From positions 1,760,001 to 1,824,000 of the forward strand of contig OY969807.1 of NCBI GenBank assembly GCA_963703285.1: 64,000 nucleotides of DNA, written 5' to 3'. Positions 19,858-29,732 of the stretch are shown here, piece by piece (the stretch's first letter is position 1; each line of letters begins with the position of its first letter). Origin of the DNA: an uncultured Nitrososphaerota archaeon (GTDB lineage Archaea; Thermoproteota; Nitrososphaeria; Nitrososphaerales; Gagatemarchaeaceae). Below the pieces are notes generated by a model. That model was given only the letters and a program-made list of their open reading frames with translations. It was not told where the DNA came from and did not search any database. The position numbers and the translations under genes were made by a program.

Positions 19858-22158
19858 TTAGTAGAATGAGACTATCCATCCCTGCTGCCCGTCGTAGGTC
19901 CCGTACACCCCACCCCATCCCTGTAGCATCGGAGGCGGCACCTCACTCTGCGGGCCCGCGAAGAAATAGCTGGTGTAGGGAACGCCATAGATGGTACCGC
20001 CCGGCGCTAGCCAGGTGTTCCCGAACGCATCCGTGTAGCTAGCGCCCACTGGCACGAAGACTCCTCCGGCCGTGCCAGGGAGAGGAGGGACTACTGTCAC
20101 GGTATCGCCGGGCGAGCAAGCGCTGCCCGGGGAGTGCGCAGAGTCCGTCACCTTGTAATAGTAGGTGTTGTCAAATGTCAGGGCGCCTGTGTCGTAGGTG
20201 GAGGATGTCGCTCCCGATACCGGAGAGGTGCTGCAGTCGGATGACGTGTACCACTGATAGCTGTATGAGCCGGTGCCGCCCGAAGGGTTGGCGGTCAGGG
20301 TCACCGACGCCCCACTCTGAATCACTGGAGACGAGGGCGTGGTTGGTCCCGCCTCTAGGGCAGTGTTGACCGCTACGCTGCCAGAGGAAGAGGTTACCGT
20401 GTTCGAAGCGCCGTCCGTGACCTGCAATTCAAACAGCCAGGTTCCAGCCGTGGTAGATCCGGTGGTCACGAACGAGGCCGACGCCGGCGAGCTGCAGGAG
20501 GAGGCGCCGCCGAGGGCGCTGAAGGAGCCCGCGCCGGGTGCCTCCATTAGCCACTGGCAGGTGTAGGGCGAGGTGCCCCCGCTGAACGCGGCCGAGAGGG
20601 AGGACGTCTGGCCTTGGTCGACCGTCGGCGGCGTGCCGGAGGGCGCGCTCACGAGAAGCGCAGGGTCGACCGTGAGGGCCGCGGTATTGGAGCTCGCCAG
20701 GTTGTTCGCGTCACCGGGATAAGAGGCCTGTATCGTGGCACTGCCCACGGTAGAGCCTGTAGCGGTGACCGAACAGCTCTCGGGCGATCCCGACAGGTCG
20801 CACGAGGCGAGAGAGAAGGAGACGCCCCCCGTACCTCCCGTCTGCGACCAGGTAATCGCCTCTCCAGTTATCGAACCGCTCTCACCCGTCAGGGTGGCCG
20901 TGCAGGTGGAGGAGGAGCCGACATCAACTGTATTGGAGGGAGAACAGGTGACAGCCACACCGGGAGTGGCGGGAGGAACTACTCCATACTCGACGATCCG
21001 GTTGTTCCCGTACTCTGTGACCCAGAGGTTCCCTGAGGAATCGAAGGTCACGCCATCAGCCCAACAATCACCAGTCCTAGTGGTCGTGCACGCAGTGCCG
21101 CTTAGGCTACTCTGGCCCAGCGCAGTCGTGAATGACTCCCCGCTCGAGAACGGCGTGGTATATTCCACAACCTCGCTGTTTGAGAAGACAGCGACCCAAA
21201 GATTGCCGCTGGAATCGAACGCGAGGTTGACGGGACAGCAGTACAGCGACGTGCCACTGCCACCCAACGTCAGCGCGATGTTTTGACCGTTCGGGGGGGA
21301 CCCTATGGAGTAATGAGAGGTGCTGTCGGGAGTTGTGACCCACGCAGAGCTCACCGTAAGCGTGTTGACCGTGTTCGAGCTGACGGTTCTGGACTGGCCA
21401 GCGCCTGTCCCAGAGGTTATCGTGACGACGAAATTGTGCCACTGGTTCGCGGTCCACGTCTTCGTCGTGTCCTGCAGAGTCGAACCGGTCTGCGAGCCGG
21501 TCGCTGTCCCGCTCGCAGCAAACTGGTACTCGTAGACCAGCGCGTTGTTTTGGTCAGCGACCCACAGGTCTCCTGAGGCGTCAAACGCAAGCCCTGAAGC
21601 GCCGCTGAACGGGGAGTGCGAATTGGTGACGAAGTTGCTCTCCCCAATGACAAAGCTGGCCGATTCGCTGCAGGTGAATCCGCTGCCCTTCAGATACTCG
21701 AGCACCCTGTTGTTGCCGTAGTCGGCTACCCACAGGTTGCCCGACGAGTCGAACGCAAGCCAGTGGGGATGAGTGAGGCTGGACGCGGTCGGCGGACTCG
21801 GGCCCGCGGCTGTATTGTACGCGCAGCTGCTCTGTCCTATCTCGAGGCTGGCGGACATCCCGTCACAGAACTGACCGGCAGGGCATCCGCTGGAGCCTGG
21901 CACGTACTCAAGTACTCTGTTGTTGCTCTGGTCGGCGACCCAAAGGTTGCCGTGGGAATCGAAGATTGCCTGAGTGGGGGTATGCAGCCCGCTCGCTCCC
22001 GAACCGACGGTGTTTGTGGTGTAACCCGGCTGTCCGATGACGATGCCGGCGGCCTCCCCGGTCGTCATCGCGTTAGAAGCGGGTGTGCTGATGGTCAGGA
22101 GAACGAGAATGACGGCCGTGCAGGCCGCAACCCAAAGTCTCCTAGCCCGATTGACCAT
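19858..22158 (-). CDS. Secreted/surface protein with NHL beta-propeller repeats and Ig-like domains
   Basis: Signal peptide; repeated AFDSSGNLWVADxxNNRVLEY; S/T-rich Ig-like repeats (GGTxxYxYQW, YYxxVTD). Confidence 0.85.
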   Translation of the reverse strand: MVNRARRLWVAACTAVILVLLTISTPASNAMTTGEAAGIVIGQPGYTTNTVGSGASGLHTPTQAIFDSHGNLWVADQSNNRVLEYVPGSSGCPAGQFCDGMSASLEIGQSSCAYNTAAGPSPPTASSLTHPHWLAFDSSGNLWVADYGNNRVLEYLKGSGFTCSESASFVIGESNFVTNSHSPFSGASGLAFDASGDLWVADQNNALVYEYQFAASGTATGSQTGSTLQDTTKTWTANQWHNFVVTITSGTGAGQSRTVSSNTVNTLTVSSAWVTTPDSTSHYSIGSPPNGQNIALTLGGSGTSLYCCPVNLAFDSSGNLWVAVFSNSEVVEYTTPFSSGESFTTALGQSSLSGTACTTTRTGDCWADGVTFDSSGNLWVTEYGNNRIVEYGVVPPATPGVAVTCSPSNTVDVGSSSTCTATLTGESGSITGEAITWSQTGGTGGVSFSLASCDLSGSPESCSVTATGSTVGSATIQASYPGDANNLASSNTAALTVDPALLVSAPSGTPPTVDQGQTSSLSAAFSGGTSPYTCQWLMEAPGAGSFSALGGASSCSSPASASFVTTGSTTAGTWLFELQVTDGASNTVTSSSGSVAVNTALEAGPTTPSSPVIQSGASVTLTANPSGGTGSYSYQWYTSSDCSTSPVSGATSSTYDTGALTFDNTYYYKVTDSAHSPGSACSPGDTVTVVPPLPGTAGGVFVPVGASYTDAFGNTWLAPGGTIYGVPYTSYFFAGPQSEVPPPMLQGWGGVYGTYDGQQGWIVSFY

Positions 22159-22541
22159 ACCAATCCGTCGAGAAGAGATTCAACAAGTGCCTATTTACGG
22201 TACGTGAGAGTTCCCTAGACAAATGGGTCAATTAATGTGTGAAATCTCTAACTCGCGCAGATTCGATGCGAGAAGGACCAGAGGAGCCGAAATTGCACGT
22301 GCATATGACACAGGGTGGAGGACTAGGCTCCGGAAAGGGATTGCACTTGATGTCGCAGAAAGTGCGCTCGTCGGGAATCCGAGGATGTACAGACCCCTCA
22401 CGCGGCACTCCCGATAGTTATGCCACAGCCGGACTCGGCCGTCCTGCTAGGCGGTTCGGCGGAATCAGCCCTCTGCACTTTTCTCGGCCGAAGCCAATAA
22501 CCAATTCTTATATCTTGAGGACAAAGAGGCCCGCAACGATT

Positions 22542-22663
22542 GGCCGCGGTGGTGTAGTCGTCTCTCGAGATGGGTGACGGCACAACTTGGTTAGCATTGG
22601 GCGCTGTGGAGGAATCAGACCTCAGATACGCCTCGACCGTGGGTTCAAATCCCACCCGCGGCC
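22542..22663 (+). tRNA. tRNA-His(GTG) with encoded G-1 and two BHB introns (15/16: 22558-22585; 37/38: 22610-22627)
   Basis: Acceptor GCCGCGG/CCGCGGC with G-1:C73; T-arm GTGGG-TTCAAAT-CCCAC; anticodon GTG at 22606-22608; TATA near 22508 and T-tract downstream. Confidence 0.9.
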
Positions 22664-22811
22664 CCTTTTGCTCAATAGAGGTCTTAACCACCCTTATTTA
22701 GGACAAAAAGACGATACCTGATTTTTGATGTTGTTTAGAATGTAGAACAAAATTCACCCAAAGATTCGATTCGCGGCACTCCCTCTTTGTTAAAAGGGCC
22801 GTCTTGTCTCC

Positions 22812-24593
22812 GTGATTCCCGTAGCGATGAACTTCTGTCAGAGCTGCGGGACTCGCATCAAGCTCCCCAGAGGCGGCAAGCCGGTAAAGTTCTGCCCGAG
22901 GTGCGGCGCCAGCGTGACGGGAGGTGAGGATGGTTTCCCCTTCAAGAACAAGAGACCATCGCAGCAGGAGGTCATGGACCAGATCGGTGCCGCCCTCTCG
23001 CAGTCTAAGAGGTTCATCATACTCGAGGCGCCCGTGGGGTTCGGCAAGTCCGCGATCGCGGCCTGGCTGTGCAACCGCCTGGGGTCTGCCTACCTCCTGA
23101 CGTCCACGAAACAGCTCCAGGACCAGTACTCCCTGGACTTCGGTTTCCCCGTCGTGACGGGCAAATCCAACTTCACGTGCCTGGTCCCCACCTCTTCAGG
23201 AAGGTTCCTCCCGTGCAGCAAGGGAAGGTGCGAGGTTGACTGGAGGCTCTCCGAGTGCCCGCACTACCTCACGTTCGAACAGTACGACGAGCACAAGCGG
23301 GGGCTCTGCGGGAAGTCCTCGAAGTGCCAGGGCCTCAAGGACAAGAAGCTGTGCGCGTACTACGAGCAGAAGTGGGACGCGTTCAGGGCGCCCGTCGCGG
23401 TCGCCAACTACCCATTCTTCCTGACAGAGTTGAGACACACCGACGACATCAAGAGGAGGAGGGTCCTGGTCTGCGACGAGGCTCACGACCTCGAGAGGCA
23501 GATGGTCGACGCGGCCTCCTTCTCGCTCGCGAGGTCGGTGATGGAAAGCTACCGACTGGCGAGCAGCCCCCGATCAGCCATCCCCAACAGCGGCCTCGAA
23601 CGGGCGGCCGCTTGGAAGGAGCCCCTGAGCGCGGAGAAGCGCGCTCTCGAGCTCTTCATCGACGCCAACCTCGGCGACAGGACCATGCAGGACCGCGTGG
23701 CCTCCTGCAGGAACGTCCTCGATTCCCTGGAGCGATTCGTTGAGGACCTCGAAGCCCACTCCGACAACTGGATCGTGAACAGCATCAGGGAGGCGGCCAC
23801 TATAGACGGCGAACCGACTGTCGAGGAGGTGGTCTTCCGGCCGTTGGAGATTGGTGCGTACACGTCGTCGCTCTTCGAGACGGCAGAGACGGTGCTGCTG
23901 ATGTCGGCAACGGTCTTCTCGAGCGAGGCGTTCTGCAGGACCTTGGGGATACCGGAGAAGGAGTGCTGCTTCATCAGGGTGAAACAGTCCTCGTTCCCGG
24001 TGGAGAACAGGCGAATCTACGCGATGAACACGGCTCGCCTCAACAGGGCCTCGATGGGTGCCTCCATGGAAGCGATAGCGCAGGCCGTCGACGAACTCAT
24101 GACGCGCCATTCGGGGGAGAGGGGGGTGATTCACACGACCTCCAACTGGCAGGCGAGCTACATCGTGGACCACGTCTCAGAGCCGAACAAAGCTAGGCTC
24201 TCGAGCACGGAGAATGCTTCATCGCGATCGGCTCTCCTCAGGGCGCACGCCTCGACAGAGGAATCGGTGCTGATATCTCCGAGCATGTTCCTTGGCGTGG
24301 ACCTCAAGGACGAGCTGTCGCGGTTCCAGGTCGTCGTCAAGGTCCCGTATCCCGACCTCTCTGACAGGAGGACCAGCATCAAGAGCAGGAGCGACCCCAC
24401 GTGGTACGACTGGCAGACCGCGCTCAGGCTCGTGCAGACCTATGGTCGGAGCGTGAGGAGCGAGACCGACCACGCCGTGACCTACGTCCTTGACTCGAAC
24501 TTCGCGACGTTCGTCCAGAGGAACCGCAACCTGCTTCCAGACTACTTCATCGAGGCAATAGAAGGAGTGGGGAATAGCCGCCGCGACGGCTAG
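22812..24593 (+). CDS. ATP-dependent DNA helicase, Rad3/XPD/DinG family, with N-terminal zinc ribbon
   Basis: EAPVGFGKS, QLQDQ, Cys-rich Fe-S-type region, DEAH, MSAT, GVD, KVPYP, QTYGRSVRS. Confidence 0.9.
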   Translation: MIPVAMNFCQSCGTRIKLPRGGKPVKFCPRCGASVTGGEDGFPFKNKRPSQQEVMDQIGAALSQSKRFIILEAPVGFGKSAIAAWLCNRLGSAYLLTSTKQLQDQYSLDFGFPVVTGKSNFTCLVPTSSGRFLPCSKGRCEVDWRLSECPHYLTFEQYDEHKRGLCGKSSKCQGLKDKKLCAYYEQKWDAFRAPVAVANYPFFLTELRHTDDIKRRRVLVCDEAHDLERQMVDAASFSLARSVMESYRLASSPRSAIPNSGLERAAAWKEPLSAEKRALELFIDANLGDRTMQDRVASCRNVLDSLERFVEDLEAHSDNWIVNSIREAATIDGEPTVEEVVFRPLEIGAYTSSLFETAETVLLMSATVFSSEAFCRTLGIPEKECCFIRVKQSSFPVENRRIYAMNTARLNRASMGASMEAIAQAVDELMTRHSGERGVIHTTSNWQASYIVDHVSEPNKARLSSTENASSRSALLRAHASTEESVLISPSMFLGVDLKDELSRFQVVVKVPYPDLSDRRTSIKSRSDPTWYDWQTALRLVQTYGRSVRSETDHAVTYVLDSNFATFVQRNRNLLPDYFIEAIEGVGNSRRDG

Positions 24594-24621
24594 CGACGCG
24601 CTGTCTTCCTTATATAATCCG

Positions 24622-25215
24622 GTGAGACTTCTTACACGAGAAGAGTTGCTCGAGACAAGGGTCGGCGAGATCGCCAACAAGAATCTCGTGACCATCGATG
24701 AGGATGAGTTCGTAGTCTCGGCAGTGAAGCTCATGGTCGAGAGGAACATCGGCAGCGTCATCGTCACGCGCAACAAGCTGCCCGCCGGCATAGTCAGCGA
24801 AAGGGACCTCCTCAGGAAGATTCTCGCCACCGGCAGGTCCATCGAATCGACGAAGGTCGGCGAGATAATGACGCCCGACCCTATCATGATCGAAGAGGAC
24901 CGGCCCCTCGGCGAGGCGATCGACCTGATGGGGAGGAAGAAGACTAGGAGGCTCCTCGTAAGCAAGGAGGGGCAGGTGGTAGGGATCCTCACCCACAGGG
25001 ACGTCCTCAACCTGAACAGGCTCTGCCTATACTGCGGCAAGGAGGTCAAGTCCGTGCTGGAGTTCGGGGAGGCAGCCGAACCCTACATCGAGTGCCAGTG
25101 CGGCTCGAGATACCACGGGAGATGCGCGAACAGCATCGTCAACTGCGTCGACTGCTCCAGGACGCTCGTGGCCAACGTGGTCTACCCCGAACCCTCGGAG
25201 ACGCTGAGCGGTTGA
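24622..25215 (+). CDS. CBS domain protein with C-terminal Cys-rich zinc finger
   Basis: CBS pair plus CLYC...CQC..H..C...CVDC. Confidence 0.85.
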   Translation: MRLLTREELLETRVGEIANKNLVTIDEDEFVVSAVKLMVERNIGSVIVTRNKLPAGIVSERDLLRKILATGRSIESTKVGEIMTPDPIMIEEDRPLGEAIDLMGRKKTRRLLVSKEGQVVGILTHRDVLNLNRLCLYCGKEVKSVLEFGEAAEPYIECQCGSRYHGRCANSIVNCVDCSRTLVANVVYPEPSETLSG

Positions 25216-25283
25216 ACGACCCTGCATCGCCTACGGGCGCGATTCAAAGTCCATCATCTATAGCGGTCCGCCCAGGTTCGTCC

Positions 25284-26462
25284 ATGGACAAGGCGACCAT
25301 CGTCACCTACCCCGACGAGTTCTCGAAACGGGAGATCACCGAACTCGCCGCGGCTGCTGGTTACTCTGTCCAGGCGCTCATCACCCAGAAGCGCGTCGTG
25401 AAGTCGGAATTCGGCGTGGGGGTGGGCAAGGCCGAGGAGCTGAGGGAGATAGTCAGGGAGAACGGCTCGAAGACCCTGATAATCGACGAGACCCTCACCT
25501 CGGCCCAGGCGTACAAGCTCGCGACCGTCACGCGAGTCGAGATCGTGGACCGCGACAGGCTCGTCCTGAACATCTTCGCGAAGAGGGCCAAGACCACAGA
25601 GGCAAAGCTCCAGGTCCAGCTCGCCGAGCTCAAGTACGAGATGCCTCGGGCGCGCGACGCAGTGCGCTACTCCGTCAATGGAGAACGGACCGGTTTCATG
25701 GGGCTGGGAGAGACGCTCGTGGACACGAAGTTCAAGGCGCTCAAGCGCCGCATGACCACGATCAAGGAGAAGCTCGCGAGGGCCCAGTCGAGCCGCTCAC
25801 TCCACAGGGTCGAGAGGAGGAAGCTCGGGATGCCCCTCGTCTCCCTCGCCGGGTACACCAGCAGCGGGAAGACGACACTCTTCAACAAGCTCGCCTCCGA
25901 GTCGAGGGAGGAGTCACCGAACCTCTTCACCACGCTGACAACGACCACGAGGGCCGTCAGCTTCTCAGACCCGAGAAGGCGGGTCATGCTCTCCGACACC
26001 GTGGGTTTCGTCTCCAGGCTGCCAACCTACATGGTGGAGTCCTTCAAGTCCACCCTCGAAGAGCTCACCTACGCCGACCTCGTGCTTCTCATGCTAGACG
26101 TGAGCGAGGATGCTGAGAGCGTGAGAATCAAGCTCGGAAGCTGCCGTGAGACGCTCGCCGAGCTCAACGTCGATTCGAGCAAGATACTCCTCGTGTTGAA
26201 CAAGATAGACCTCCTCAAGGACGGCAGCGCGAGGGGGATAGAGTCGCTCCCGCTCTTCGGCGAATTCGCGGCGATCAAAGTCTCAGCCCTGCGGGGAGAC
26301 GGTCTTACACAGCTGAAGAATCGGATAATGCAGACGACTTACTCGAGCGACGGCCTATCGCGGAAGCCCCTGGAGGAGAAGGAACGGGTCCAGTCCCAAG
26401 CGATAAACCCCGTGTCTATCGTCGAGGGCGACCAATCGGGCTCACCAGCGTCGGGAGACTGA
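25284..26462 (+). CDS. hflX: GTPase HflX
   Basis: GVGKAEEL, IFAKRA..EAKLQVQLA, GYTSSGKT, LFTTL, DTVGF, NKID, SAL. Confidence 0.93.
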   Translation: MDKATIVTYPDEFSKREITELAAAAGYSVQALITQKRVVKSEFGVGVGKAEELREIVRENGSKTLIIDETLTSAQAYKLATVTRVEIVDRDRLVLNIFAKRAKTTEAKLQVQLAELKYEMPRARDAVRYSVNGERTGFMGLGETLVDTKFKALKRRMTTIKEKLARAQSSRSLHRVERRKLGMPLVSLAGYTSSGKTTLFNKLASESREESPNLFTTLTTTTRAVSFSDPRRRVMLSDTVGFVSRLPTYMVESFKSTLEELTYADLVLLMLDVSEDAESVRIKLGSCRETLAELNVDSSKILLVLNKIDLLKDGSARGIESLPLFGEFAAIKVSALRGDGLTQLKNRIMQTTYSSDGLSRKPLEEKERVQSQAINPVSIVEGDQSGSPASGD

Positions 26463-26524
26463 CATCAGCACGGCAGATCGCCCCGGTGGTCTTCAAAAAG
26501 ACGCCGGAGATTCAATCTTGCCGA

Positions 26525-26998
26525 ATGAAAGCGGTCACCCACTACCTCTTCTCTGCTGGCGTGTCGCTGGGGCTGTTATCGCTATCGCGCTCCCTGAACC
26601 TCGGGACCGCCATCCTGGCTCTTTGGCTCTCGCTGTCGATCAACTACATCGTCGACGCGTTGGGGCATGTCTCCCGTGACGGCAACCCGACGAGGACGTG
26701 GCTGACACACTCCATCGTCACCGCGCCCCTATGGGGGGCCGCCGTCGCGGTCGCCTCGATCACCGTCCTCTCTCAGGCTTCCGGTTCGTCGACGCCCTGG
26801 AACGCGCTGGCCCCCTGGACGGCCATGGGCGCCCTCATCTCGGCGGGGCACCTCTTCCTAGACAGTCTGACACAGGCGGGAATCTACTCGTTAAGGAGGC
26901 GGATAGCGATCGCACACTTCCGCTACGACAACCTGGCCCTGAACCTGGGATTCTCCCTCCTCGGGGCGCTTCTGCTCGCGCTCACATTGGGACTGTGA
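26525..26998 (+). CDS. Membrane metal-dependent hydrolase-like protein (DUF1286/YdjM-like)
   Basis: THY, DALGH, RTWLTHS, HLFLDSLT motifs with TM segments. Confidence 0.75.
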   Translation: MKAVTHYLFSAGVSLGLLSLSRSLNLGTAILALWLSLSINYIVDALGHVSRDGNPTRTWLTHSIVTAPLWGAAVAVASITVLSQASGSSTPWNALAPWTAMGALISAGHLFLDSLTQAGIYSLRRRIAIAHFRYDNLALNLGFSLLGALLLALTLGL

Positions 26999-27017
26999 TT
27001 CAACGCGGAGACGCTCA

Positions 27018-27557
27018 GTGAATTCACAACAGACTTATCCTGATTCGGCGAACCTCCCGAGCACGTTGAAAGACACGAAGCTGGACGTCGAGATACGGCG
27101 CAACGCCGAAGTCAAGCTCTTCCCCTTCACCGACTACTTCGTGGGCTTCGAGAAGGTCGCAGCGGTGAGGTCGCTGTTCGGCGCGAAGACGGCGAGGGTC
27201 CTGAGGGACCTGAAGGTGGAGTTCTTCTCCCAGCGGTTCGGGTACATGAGCGTCAGCGACGACGACGGACACCTGGTGGTCAGCACCCATCACCTGAAGA
27301 ACGCCGAAGAGAAGGTGCTCTATCTCGACGTAGTCCACGAGCTGTTCCACGTGAAGCAGTTCATGGAAGGCAAGAATCTCTTCCAGAGCGAATTCGAGTA
27401 CGTTGACAGCCCGATAGAGGTCCCTGCCTACAAGTTCACCGTCGAGGAGGCGAGGCGAATCGGGATGAAGTCTGACGAGATTATCGAGTACCTGAAGGTA
27501 GAGTGGGTCACCGAGGAGCAGCACGCCCGCCTTCTGAAGACGCTGGCGCTGTCATAA
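27018..27557 (+). CDS. Hypothetical protein with HExxH zincin-like motif
   Basis: VHELFHVKQ...EVPAY. Confidence 0.75.
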   Translation: MNSQQTYPDSANLPSTLKDTKLDVEIRRNAEVKLFPFTDYFVGFEKVAAVRSLFGAKTARVLRDLKVEFFSQRFGYMSVSDDDGHLVVSTHHLKNAEEKVLYLDVVHELFHVKQFMEGKNLFQSEFEYVDSPIEVPAYKFTVEEARRIGMKSDEIIEYLKVEWVTEEQHARLLKTLALS

Positions 27558-27655
27558 CCACCGCAACCTGTTTGGGTTCCCGCGTCTCGTCGGAGAATCC
27601 GGCACCGGGCGCCTAGCTAAAAAGGAGGGCGCTGGAGGTCTCCGGCGAGCTGAAC

Positions 27656-27877
27656 TTGAAGAACCAGAGGGACGCATACAGAGATGCCATAGACAGGGTC
27701 CGCTCGGCGCACCGCGACTCCGTCGCCTCGGCGCACAGCACCATGGTGTGCCCTCGCTGCAGGACGAAGCAGGTCATCAACGACGTCCCGGGCCAGCGTA
27801 CCTGCCTGAGGTGCGGCTACGAGTTCAGGCCGGCCACGCGGGCGAGCGGGGGACCCTCCTCCGGGCTCCTCAGATAG
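27656..27877 (+). CDS. Small zinc-ribbon protein
   Basis: CPRC...CLRCGYEF. Confidence 0.7.
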   Translation: MKNQRDAYRDAIDRVRSAHRDSVASAHSTMVCPRCRTKQVINDVPGQRTCLRCGYEFRPATRASGGPSSGLLR

Positions 27878-27917
27878 GCTATTAGCCACGGCAGGGACAA
27901 TTCTGCGGAGGCTTCAG

Positions 27918-28241
27918 GTGACTGGGTTGACGAAGTCATGGACATCGGGGGACAAGGGCTCGGAGGCCGTCGACAAGCTCAGGACACAGGTCACAGAGAT
28001 CGAGAGGAAGCTGGAGGAGCTGGTCGAGAAGAACGAGCGGCAGGTGTTCGACTGGGCGTCGTTCGTCCTCGGGTCGCCCACGGCCCCTGCGACTGTGAGG
28101 AACCTGCGCGACCATCAGGCGAGCCAGGAAATCAAGGATGTCATCGCTCTCTACGACCTCCTGAGACAGCAGTTACTTGACAAGGAGGCCATGCTCAACG
28201 AGAAGCTGGACGAACAGGCTCGGTACGATTCTCTCGGCTAG
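27918..28241 (+). CDS. Hypothetical coiled-coil protein
   Basis: Heptad-rich; typical codon usage. Confidence 0.65.
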   Translation: MTGLTKSWTSGDKGSEAVDKLRTQVTEIERKLEELVEKNERQVFDWASFVLGSPTAPATVRNLRDHQASQEIKDVIALYDLLRQQLLDKEAMLNEKLDEQARYDSLG

Positions 28242-28321
28242 CCGACCGAAGAGATTTCGGGGACGCAGCCGTGAATAGCCGCCTGCGTCCGCGCGCTGAA
28301 GCGCCGGGTCAAGCCGCGTGC

Positions 28322-28552
28322 CTAGCGGCCCTTCCAGGCCTTGGCCCTCTGGCAGAAGGCTTGCATCTCATCCTCCGTCCGAGGGCAGCTCTTGTAGTGG
28401 AGGGAGATCTCCCTGATGGCCTCTTCGATGGGCGTCGGCGCGCCCGGACACCAGGCATCCAGTTGCGAACGGATTTCCGTCAGGTATTGCCAGATGTCCG
28501 AAGGTATCACCACAGAGACGCCTGTCTTGCTCGTCTTCATGTTCCTGCTCAC
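28322..28552 (-). CDS. Small hypothetical protein, ribbon-helix-helix-like N-terminus
   Basis: VSVVIPSDIWQYL...IEEAIRE pattern. Confidence 0.5.
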   Translation of the reverse strand: MSRNMKTSKTGVSVVIPSDIWQYLTEIRSQLDAWCPGAPTPIEEAIREISLHYKSCPRTEDEMQAFCQRAKAWKGR

Positions 28553-28614
28553 AACACGGGCTTATTTCTGGCTTTGGTGGGACCCGCCCACCGGTCCCCC
28601 CGTCGCATGCGGCG

Positions 28615-28938
28615 CTAGTGCATCTGCTGAGCCGGTGTCTTGGGTCTCTCGGCGATGGAGGCAAGGACGACGCCGATGATCGAGATGACGACCAATCCGG
28701 CCGTGTACTGGACGGGCAGGATGATGAAGGTGGACAGGACCGCCACTATGATTCCGAATCCGACGTCATAGAGCCTGTCCCTTCTGTTGGCGAAGGCGAC
28801 CCCGAACGCGATGGCCCAGAGGCCACCCAGGAGCAGGACCAGCGAAGCCGACTGCGCGACGTCGACAACACCGAACAGGAGGAGCGCGAGCGGTATCAGC
28901 ACGCAGAGAAGCAGGCCTATCCCAAATCCAACCCTCAA
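28615..28938 (-). CDS. Small 4-TM membrane protein
   Basis: Four hydrophobic segments. Confidence 0.7.
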   Translation of the reverse strand: MRVGFGIGLLLCVLIPLALLLFGVVDVAQSASLVLLLGGLWAIAFGVAFANRRDRLYDVGFGIIVAVLSTFIILPVQYTAGLVVISIIGVVLASIAERPKTPAQQMH

Positions 28939-29017
28939 ACTTTCTCGTCCCTGCCTGCGGAAAAGACTCCTTCCGGTATTTAGGCGATGCGGCTCGGCCT
29001 CCTTGCCGGGGCGGAGG

Positions 29018-29230
29018 TCATCCGGCGACCGCGTAGCGCCTGAACTGGCCCCTGATCCAAGGCCTGCCGAACATGAGCGCCAAACCGATGATTATCAGGA
29101 GGAAGGCTATGACGAGGCCGAGGATGCCGACGAGGGCGACGATCACCTGGACGAGAAGGTGTCTCAGCACGAACAGGAGGAGCAGCCCTGCTATCAGGAA
29201 CACAACCCCGGCCACCTCCGACGCTCGCAC
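29018..29230 (-). CDS. Small 2-TM membrane protein
   Basis: Two hydrophobic helices; TATA-like taaata upstream. Confidence 0.65.
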   Translation of the reverse strand: MRASEVAGVVFLIAGLLLLFVLRHLLVQVIVALVGILGLVIAFLLIIIGLALMFGRPWIRGQFRRYAVAG

Positions 29231-29329
29231 ACGTTTTTCTCGGGCAATCGCTATTTAGTGCTTCTGAGGGCTTAGTCTCCCGGCCGCCTGACAAGGTTAT
29301 CAACAAGTACGGCGCGACAAGCGAAGTCG

Positions 29330-29707
29330 ATGGACCCGACCCGGCGCAAGTTCTACCTCACAACGATAGCCGTCTTCGTGGCCATAGGGCTCTTCGTGGC
29401 CGCCTCATTCGTCTACACCGACTACAGCTTTGTGGGCATCGAGATCACCGGCTCGAGCCGCGCATACTTCGTCCTGTCCTACGATTCGACGAACACCACC
29501 ATCCATTACTCCCAGAACGTCACCGTCGACGTCCTCCCCCACGTGGACGTAACGATAGCTGCGTATCTCAATTCGTCCGTCACGCTCTCCAGCTGGCGGG
29601 TCTCCGGGGCCGAGGTCGTGGGAACGGGCAACGACACCGTCAGCCTCCTGACCGGCCAGGGAGGCGGCACCGTCAAGGTCACGGCCATCCTGACGACTGG
29701 GTCCTGA
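29330..29707 (+). CDS. Membrane-anchored extracellular beta-rich protein
   Basis: N-terminal TM, N-x-S/T sequons. Confidence 0.7.
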   Translation: MDPTRRKFYLTTIAVFVAIGLFVAASFVYTDYSFVGIEITGSSRAYFVLSYDSTNTTIHYSQNVTVDVLPHVDVTIAAYLNSSVTLSSWRVSGAEVVGTGNDTVSLLTGQGGGTVKVTAILTTGS

Positions 29708-29732
29708 CTCCTCGGGCAGACCGATGCCGCGC

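Noticed and set aside
22159-22811. Integrated element at tRNA-His
   Set aside because: No integrase and no duplicated tRNA 3' end noticed in the window
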